Shown: piece by piece, positions 55,879-64,000 of the stretch
How positions within the stretch are numbered: the stretch's first letter is position 1
How the letters are laid out: each line of letters begins with the position of its first letter
NCBI RefSeq assembly: GCF_006345805.1
Contig: NC_043023.1
Span: forward strand, 13,392,001-13,456,000
Length of the DNA: 64,000 bases
Origin: Octopus sinensis
Taxonomy: Eukaryota
Direction: 5' to 3'
The notes under the pieces: model-generated
What the model was told of the DNA's origin: nothing
What the model saw: the letters and a program-made list of their open reading frames with translations, nothing else
Databases searched by the model: none
Program-made: the position numbers and the translations under genes

Positions 55879-56362
55879 GACCTCTTTATCCCCAGTTCAC
55901 AAACACACACATTTTATGATCTAAGTGAGACCACCCCACCTTTTATTCAGGCATAGTGTATCTAGGACTACATTATCTAATGTATAGTAGTTAGTATTAG
56001 TGGCTATAGCTGTTGTTGTTGTTTAGCCCCAGGTCAGTCCAGATCCAGACAGACCCATGATCAAAGATGTTCCAGCTGTGACCATCCCATCTTATATTCA
56101 GACATAGTGTATCTCGGATTACACTGTCTAATGTGTAGTATAGTAGTTAGTATTAATAGTTATTGTTGTTATTTAGCCCCAGGTCAGTCTTGATCCAGTA
56201 GACCTATGATCAAAGTTACTCCAGCTGTGACTATCCCATCTTTTATCCAGGCATAATGTATCTAGGACTACATAAACAATTAGGTGTTTTTCACTTTGTT
56301 GTTAGTCAGAAAGACTTAAAATATCTTGAAATACTAAAGATTAAATTTATGCAATAAATATT

Positions 56363-57350
56363 AACCGAGCGGTCGTTGGCATCTTCACTATCTCGTCCGG
56401 CAGCTTTTTCCACGGATCCGCAACCCAGATGGAGAAAGCCCCTCTCCTTCGATTGAGATGAAATCGTCACAGATAGAGCTTTATATATATATATATATAT
56501 TCAATTCAATTCAATTTTATTGGCTCAAAAAGCAAAAGCAAGACCATGTAGGGGGACATGGAGTTATGTACAGGGAGGGTGTTCATGCAAAGAGTTCAGG
56601 CCACTTGTGGTAGAGGGAGACTTTGAACCGAGCGGTTGTCGGCATCTTCACTATCTCGTCCGGCAGCTTATTCCACGGATCCGCAACCCAGACGGAGAAA
56701 GCCCCTCTCCTTCGATTGAGATGAAATCGTCGCAGATAGAGCTTTTCGGAGTGACACCGCAGCCGACACTCTGGAGCAGGAGTGAAGAACAGCTCTTTCG
56801 AGAGGTTACACTTTCCGCTTATGATGTTGTGAGCAAGAATGAGATCACCACGGCGGCGGTGTTTTTCTAGAGAATAAAGGTCGAGCGTCTTCAGCCTTTC
56901 TTCATAAGACAAATGCTTGAGACCAAGTACCATGCGGGTAGCCAGCTTCTGGACTCTTTCGAGATGCTGTATGACTTTGAGGAGATAAGGAGAAGAGGCT
57001 TGAATCCCGTACTCCAATATGGGTCTCACCAGCATGACATAGAGCGGTAGGAATATGGCTGCTGTGAGCATTCCGAATGACCGTCAAATCAAAAACAGAA
57101 CTCCGCGTGCTTTGTTGGTAGCATGGATGCACTGGGCCGAAGGCGAAAAGGAAGAATCCACCAAGATACCCAGGTCCTTTACCTGATCGGTCCTCTCCAG
57201 CAGCAAACGACCCGGCTCGAAATCAAGTTGAGTTGCAGGAGAGGAGCCAACAGGCGGATGACAGCACTTTGACACGTTCAGACAAATCCCTTGCACAATA
57301 CCACCAGGCATTTTTACTGATACCTTCAAAATCCTATGTACTGGACCCTA
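56363..57350 (-). mobile_element. CR1/L2-group LINE 3' fragment with frameshift, tandem (long plus short) copy
   Basis: KDLGILVDSSFSPSAQC (57084-57329) then VRPILEYG...LERVQKLATRMV..LSYEERL...GDLI...WNKLP (56583-57071). Confidence 0.88.
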
Positions 57351-60300
57351 CCCTAGGTTTCTAATATGTAGAATGTTTGTCCTTACATTACAAATCACTA
57401 TTTTTGTATTTTTATTCTGAATTTTTGTGTTATTTTACTGATTTTTTTTTTTCCAGAAAAATGTCCCTTGTCTACAATATGTGATGCGGAATACTACTGC
57501 ACAAGGAGAATAAACGAAGTGGAACACTACTGCACAAGGAGAATAAACCAAGCAGAACACTACTGCACGAGGAATAAACTCAGAGATTTATTATTATTAT
57601 TGTGAGTTGAGAGGGTCATGGGCGCATTGGACAAAGTGCTAAGCAGCATTCCTTCCAATGCTTTGAGTGCCGAGTTCAAATCTCGCCAAGGTCAGCTTTG
57701 GCTTCCATCCTCTGAGGGTCCATTTGAGCACTGGACACCAGTGTAATCAACTAGCCACCTCCCACAAAATTCCAGGCCTTGTGTCTACAATAGAAGGGAT
57801 TATCATTATTATTATTATTATTATTGTTGTTATTATTATTATTTTACTTCTCAGAGCTCTTGGCTTACTTGCTCTCGTAGATTCTGTGAGAACGGACAGC
57901 AACCTTTTGTCAGATGTCTCATGAGGTCTCCTTCCGCAAATTATAAGCTTTGGCGCTTGGATATTCATTTATCGTGGAAGATACTCAACACCCAAGTACC
58001 GATCTCAAAATCCTAGCTGTCCCCCAGTAGAGCAGTTTTTCAGGCCTGCTCTGCTAGTATTATCATTATTATTATTATCAAATGGATAAATGACAAGGAA
58101 TCATTTTTGGGGGTTTTTAAAAAAAAATTTAATCACAAAAACAATTTTTTTCATATTTTAAAATATTTTTTAATATTTTGTATGAAAATGTTCACATTTT
58201 AATTCGAAAATATTTTGATAACCATTAACAATGCTTTGAGTGCCGAGTTCAAATCTCGCCAAGGTCAGCTTTGGCTTCCATCCTTTGAGGGTCCATTTGA
58301 GCACTGGACACCAGTGATTTTGCAATGTGGGGCCAAAAAAATTAAGGGTTGAATTTTAATGTAAAATTTTTTTAAATAATTTTTTTATTATTATTATTTT
58401 TTTTTTTTTTTACCATATATATATTTCTGATTTTGATTTTAAAATTTTCATTCATCCTGTTAAATGTTTATGTTTCTTTGACTAATTATGATAATCACTT
58501 CATTATGAGCTAAAAATATTAAGGGTCGAAGTCTAATGTAAATTGTCCCCGCTGTCATCCCTGCTGTTATTTGGCAGCGGATTCTATTTTTATTTATTTT
58601 CTTCAAAATTCTTGAGATTTTTTTAGTAAATATATCGAGAGGAGGGATGACGATGATGCAAATGATGGAGAAAACCTTACCACCTGGAAAAAAATTTTAA
58701 GGCCCAACATTTAAAGTAAATTTATTTTATATTTTTTAAAATCTCCAATCATCATCGTTTAGCGTCTGCTTTCCATGCTAGCACGGGTTGGACGGTTCGA
58801 CCGGGGTCTGGGAAGCCAGGAAGCTGCACCTGGCTCCAGTCTGATCTGGCAGAGTTTCTACACCTGGATGCCCTTCCTAACGCCAACCTCTCCGTGAGTG
58901 TAGTGGGTGCTTTTTACGTGCCACCTGCACAGGTGCCAGGGGGGTCCGGCATCGGCCACGATCAGTTGGAGCTTTTAACGTGCCACCTGCACGGAAGCCA
59001 TCTAAGGCGGCGCTGGCAACGGCCAGGATTTAATTAATTTTTTATTGAATTTTAAAAATTAAATTAATTTTTTTTTTTATCGTTAATATTTCAGAATCTT
59101 CATATTTTTTTTAGCAAATGCTTTGAAGATAATTGTGATGAGGGGGGTCTTTACAACATGAAACCCCAAAAATTAAGGGGTTTCTAATCATCAGCATGAA
59201 CCCTCTCTCTCTTTCGGAGAGGCACTGAGCAGCTATACGCACACATACACACATGGCAGTAACTTCCACCTACCGAATTCAATCACAAAGCTCGGTCGGC
59301 TCGGGGCTATAGTGGAAGACACTTACCCAAAGTGCCACGCAGTGGGACTGAACCCGAAACCATGTAACTAGGAAGCAAGCTCCCTAACCACACAAATTTA
59401 AATTTTACTGCTTTGTAAAGAAACAAATTTCAAAATTCCCATGATTTTTGGCAGATAATTTGTGGAGAACTATTATGATGATTATGGTGATGAAGGAGGA
59501 AGAAGAAGAGGATGATGATTTCACTGTGTGGGGGAAACAAAATTGAGCTCCAGAGATTGATGTGAAGGCGTGACCAGAAGTATTTCTTTGGGCCGACCTA
59601 TAAAGGGTTACACACCTATGGTATGCAAATTAGAAGCTCCAGCTCTGGAGCTGCTGGATTTGTTGAGTATGTAAACAGATTGGTTGCTTGTTTCTCTGGG
59701 ATTGGTTAAATTGATGTAGATGTCACTGATGAGAGTCCAATAAGGTCCGAAAATCAAATAAGGTTAATTTTTTTTCAATCTACATAGAAATAACTAAATT
59801 AGCCCTGTTTATCTACTACTTCTTTTTAAATTTTGGGCCCAGAACTTGAATATTGAAATATATTTTATTTATTTTTTTTTTTTTTCATTTAATCTGGGCC
59901 TGGAATTTGAAAACGTTATATTCTGGTTTCCTGTTGTATTATTTCCAAATTTTTTTTTTTTTAGTTTAAAGTTAATTTTTAAAATTTAATTTTATTATTA
60001 TTTATTTTTGGAACTTGATGATATATAATGCTTTAGTATCATTTTTGTTTTCAGGCCCCTAAACCTGAATGTGTAAAAATACCTTAGAATCTTCTTGTTT
60101 TGGATACCTGAAATTTCAATATATAGTTCCTTGCTATATTTTTGTTTTTTGGCCCTGGAACTTGAATATGTAATTACCTTGCTATATTTTTGCTTTTGGG
60201 CCCTGTAACATGAATATATATTATGCCTTAGTTTCCAGTTCTGGAAACAACCATATGTAACATTTTGGCCCTAATTTTTTTCTTTTTCTTTTTTTGTCCC

Positions 60301-60849
60301 TGTGACTTAAATGTTGTAATAATGTGGCCCAGAATGTTGAATATGTAATAGTTTGGGCTCTTCCACCTGGCCCTGAAACTGGATTTTATTTTGCAGATTA
60401 ATACAAGGATAGAAGAATTCCAACTGAACTTCAAACCCCCACAAAAATTGATTTTTATGATCCTTGTTACCTTTTGCAAACCCAAAGAATTAAAAGGTGT
60501 GACTACCCTTGGCAGGATTTGATCCTGGAGCCTAAAGGAGAGTCAAAAACAAAAGGAAAAAGAAGAAAAAAAACAAACATTATATATATATTGATATATA
60601 TATATTATATTAGGGTTTGAATTTTATGGAATACCAGGGAACTGACTGAAAAACAAAAAGGGATCAGATGTCAAAAAAGTATAACAAACACACATAAAAG
60701 ACACCATGGAAAAAATAACAAATATTGAGTTTTTTTTATTAAGGAAAAATGGAAAAGACTACAAATAGGGATTTAAAGAATTAACAAGAAAGCCATGATG
60801 CAAGTGAGAGGTGTTAAGTTGCGGTCATCTCATTGAGTTGTGTTGTGCT

Positions 60850-61210
60850 TCAGGAAAATTTGGAAAAAAAATTTCCAGAGAAAAACTTAAATAAATGAAG
60901 AAAAGATTTTTAAAAATTACGGAAATTACAAGTGAGAGTTGAGGAAAATTTGAAAAAAAATTTCCAGAGAAAAACTGGAATAAAGAAGGAAAATTTTTTA
61001 AAAATTACAGAAATTACAAGTGAGAGATGAAGAAAATTTGAAATAAAAATTTCCAAAGAAAAACTGGAAAAAATGAAGAAAAAAATTCTTTAAATTACGG
61101 AAATTACAAGTGAAAGATGAGGAAAATTTGAAATAAAAAATTCCAGAGAAAAACTGGAATAAAGGAAGAAAAGAATAAAAAAGATTCCAGGAATTATAAG
61201 TGAGAGATGC
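60850..61210. repeat. ~85-bp A-rich tandem repeat (~4 copies)
   Basis: gaaattacaagtgagagatgaggaaaatttgaa...tttccagagaaaaactgg recurs. Confidence 0.8.
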
Positions 61211-62336
61211 TATTTGTTTGAAGAAATGTTGGATAGAAAATTTTTAAGTGTTTATACACAAGCAAAAGATGGCAGCCATCTTATGAAAATATTGTGTTAG
61301 ATGAAAAATTTTAATGTCTATATGCGAGTGAGAGGCACTTGCTGTTTTGTGGAATTTTATTGGATGGAAAATTTTGAATCACCTACATTCAAGTAAGAGG
61401 CCCCAATTATTTTCTGAAGAAATTTTTGGATGAAAAACTTTGAATTGTCAATATGCAAGGGAGCTGTGGCAACCATTTTGTGGAGAAATCATAAATATGT
61501 GAAAAAAATTTCTAGAAAGTGAGAGATGTCAACTATTTAAAGAAATTGTATTGAATGGAAAAATTTTTGTGTGCTCCAGCATGGCACCAGCTGTTCCATG
61601 AAGAAATGATAAATATGAATTTTAAAAAAATTGTGGAGGCATAATCACAAATGACTATATATGGTGGTGAGAAATGCCGACAGTTTTGTGAAGAAATTGT
61701 GTTGGAGAAAAAAATCTGATGAAAATATTTTGGAGAAGAGATGAGATAAAAAAAGTCATAAAAGTAAAAAAAAAAATGTAAAAGGAAGCACAGAAACCAT
61801 TGTAAAAGATTTTGAAGGAAAAAAACTCCAAAATTGAAAAATAGTTTTCCATGATTTATGTCTCTCTGGCCCCTACTTTGGTCAGAATTTAAAGATTAAC
61901 TGGCCCTTTTCCCCCCATATATTTCCCCCTATACATACATACATACATACAAACATATATATATCTATATATATATATACATGTGTGTGTATTTATGGAT
62001 TTATATATCAAGGAAGTGCCCCAGCATGGCACCGACTATTTTGCGAAGGAATCATTGAAAGAAAAAGTTTGATTGAAAGATGTTGGAAAAAAGGGGTAGA
62101 TAGGGGCAAAACTGAAATTTACATAAAAGACATTAGACATGTCAAAGATTTTCAAGAAAAAACCCCCAAAATCATAAGATAGTTTTCCATGATTTTTACC
62201 TCCTACTTCGGTCAATTTTGGAGCGGCCCTTTTTTACTATATTTTTTCCTATATATTTATATCAATATATATATATCAAAGGAATGTTCTAGAATGGCTA
62301 CAGTTCAATGACTAAAACAAAGGATAAAAATATATT

Positions 62337-62369
<33 letters not shown>

Positions 62370-62650
62370 CCAAATCGAGGGTAAAATCCAGACTACATAT
62401 GTTTCTTAACTAGCAGATCCTCTTATACAATTACTCAGCTAGCTATTCATCAGGCCAAACATACCTTCATTATATAAAGGTGCTTCAGCTTATCAAACTT
62501 CAGTATGAGAAAGGCCTATGACCATCACCAATAAACCATTATTATTCCTGAACACTGATTTCTTTTACACCTGCCACGGACTGCTCAAAGCTTACTAACT
62601 TCCTACAATTAGATAATTGGATATTATAATTACAAAAATATATTTGTACA

Positions 62651-62683
<33 letters not shown>

Positions 62684-62750
62684 CCAAATTGAGGGTAAAA
62701 TCCAGACTACATATGTTTCTTAACTAGCAGAATATATATTATATATTGAA

Positions 62751-64000
62751 ATGGATTCCCTGTCTATGAGTGCAGTATCTGGTATTGAAGGCGCTAACGA
62801 TGCCACTGTTTCTTCGAAGGTGCGTCAGTTCAAATGCCAGTACTGCAGCAAAGACTTCGATCGGTACAGCCATCTAGCCAGGCATTTGAAGATTCACTCC
62901 GGTCTCCGGCCGTTTGAGTGCAAGTACTGCCACAAGTCGTTCTCCCGGTCGGACAACCTTATCAAGCACGTCCGAATTCACACCGGGGACAAGCGCTACG
63001 GCTGCGAATTCTGCCTGAAGCGCTTCACCGATTCGAGCAACCTCAGCAAGCACATGCGCACGCACGCGGGCACACGGCGCTACACGTGCACGCTCTGCTC
63101 GAAGACGTTTCGCAAGTCGGACACCCTCCGGCGCCACCTTTTGACCCATGGTGTGTCCGACGGAAATGGCAGCGCCGTTGCCGCCGACGATGGCAATGGT
63201 GGTAGTGGTAGTGGTGGTGGTGGTGGTGGCAGCAGTACTGATAACGGAAGTGGTGAAGTTGCACTCCGTGACAATCTCTCCGTGGGTGGTCACGACCGTC
63301 GTGGAAGCAGCATGGATGCCAGTGGCGACACGGCGTCGTTGCTGTCCCTGAGCGACGCAGCTGCAGCCGCTGCTGATGTGCAGAGGCGACTCCAGATGCA
63401 AAACATCCTCCACATTATCAATAAAGAGAGGTCATTTCCGACCATGACCACCTCCACAGTCACCGCCACCACCACCGCGACAACAGCAGATGTGTCGAAT
63501 CTGCAAGGCGCGCAGTTGCAGTCACAACTGCAGACGCACCCTCGGTCACGGCTGCCGTCGGTTAGTAAGTCAGAGGCAAAAGCAAGGGGGACTCTCGGCG
63601 CAATTGGTGAACCCTCAAATGAGGCGCGATTGCTAGGACCAGATGCAGGAGCCACTGCAACCAAGTCTTCGTATACAGGGAATCTTTTGCAATGGTCCGA
63701 CGGAGAAGAGGAGGAGATCGTAAAGGCCCCACCTAAGAACACAACGGCCATAGCAACGGATGTCTTCAGCAGAACCGATCACATCATAAGACAACTGTCG
63801 CAAACCAATGAAAACATCCAGGTGTACAATAGTAATAACACTAGTAGTAGTAGTAGTAGTAAAATTAGTAAGATGAAGTTAAAACAAAACAGAATGAAAT
63901 CAGTGAACCATGTCGGTTTTGATTTTGATCAACTACTTTCATATTCTGCGAATGCCGCCACGCTGTTACCCAATCCAGTCGGCCGGAAAGCTTCTGCTTC
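62751..64000 (+). CDS. C2H2 zinc-finger protein, 4 tandem fingers then a low-complexity G/S/A/T tail; 3'-partial
   Basis: Hand translation gives 416 codons without a stop to the window end. Fingers: CQYC..HLKIH, CKYC..HVRIH, CEFC..HMRTH, CTLC..HLLTH (62829-63149). Acceptor-like taactagcAG ends at 62730. The frame is open from that acceptor to the ATG, so an upstream coding exon is possible. Confidence 0.92.
   Translation, partial: MDSLSMSAVSGIEGANDATVSSKVRQFKCQYCSKDFDRYSHLARHLKIHSGLRPFECKYCHKSFSRSDNLIKHVRIHTGDKRYGCEFCLKRFTDSSNLSKHMRTHAGTRRYTCTLCSKTFRKSDTLRRHLLTHGVSDGNGSAVAADDGNGGSGSGGGGGGSSTDNGSGEVALRDNLSVGGHDRRGSSMDASGDTASLLSLSDAAAAAADVQRRLQMQNILHIINKERSFPTMTTSTVTATTTATTADVSNLQGAQLQSQLQTHPRSRLPSVSKSEAKARGTLGAIGEPSNEARLLGPDAGATATKSSYTGNLLQWSDGEEEEIVKAPPKNTTAIATDVFSRTDHIIRQLSQTNENIQVYNSNNTSSSSSSKISKMKLKQNRMKSVNHVGFDFDQLLSYSANAATLLPNPVGRKASA

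Noticed and set aside
62874-63751. Minus-strand and alternate-frame ORFs in the track
   Set aside because: Shadows of the GC-rich zinc-finger CDS in the plus frame starting at 62751.

Overview
Eukaryotic, AT-rich, repeat-dense DNA. The SINE, LINE and microsatellite content looks like an octopus genome (inference from the repeat families). Two protein-coding genes lie head-to-head. (1) On the minus strand is the 5' part of a GGA clathrin adaptor gene (VHS plus start of GAT). I rebuilt six coding exons with GT-AG ends and consistent phase: 40297-40333, 10803-10963, 5491-5589, 4862-5020, 2230-2301 and 987-1067, giving 203 codons. Intron 1 is 29.3 kb and the gene continues past the left edge. (2) On the plus strand a C2H2 zinc-finger ORF with four fingers starts at about 62751 and runs off the right edge. 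The ORF track misses it because it has no stop in the window. The rest is tRNA-derived SINEs, RTE-related short elements, CR1/RTE/Penelope/Tc1 fragments, non-autonomous Helitrons, MITEs, minisatellites and microsatellites; almost all long ORFs in the track are artefacts of these repeats. The most interesting signal is a set of at least five minimal type-I hammerhead-ribozyme-like motifs in three small dispersed families. One sits at the end of a GIY-YIG Penelope fragment, and two show covarying stems and palindromic stem III, as in Penelope terminal repeats or retrozymes. Also notable are RTE-tail-seeded minisatellites with higher-order repeats, a ~165-bp target-site-like duplication, a composite CR1 dimer present at two loci, and an 82-bp motif-bearing array between the two genes. 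All folding and homology calls were made by eye, with no database search.
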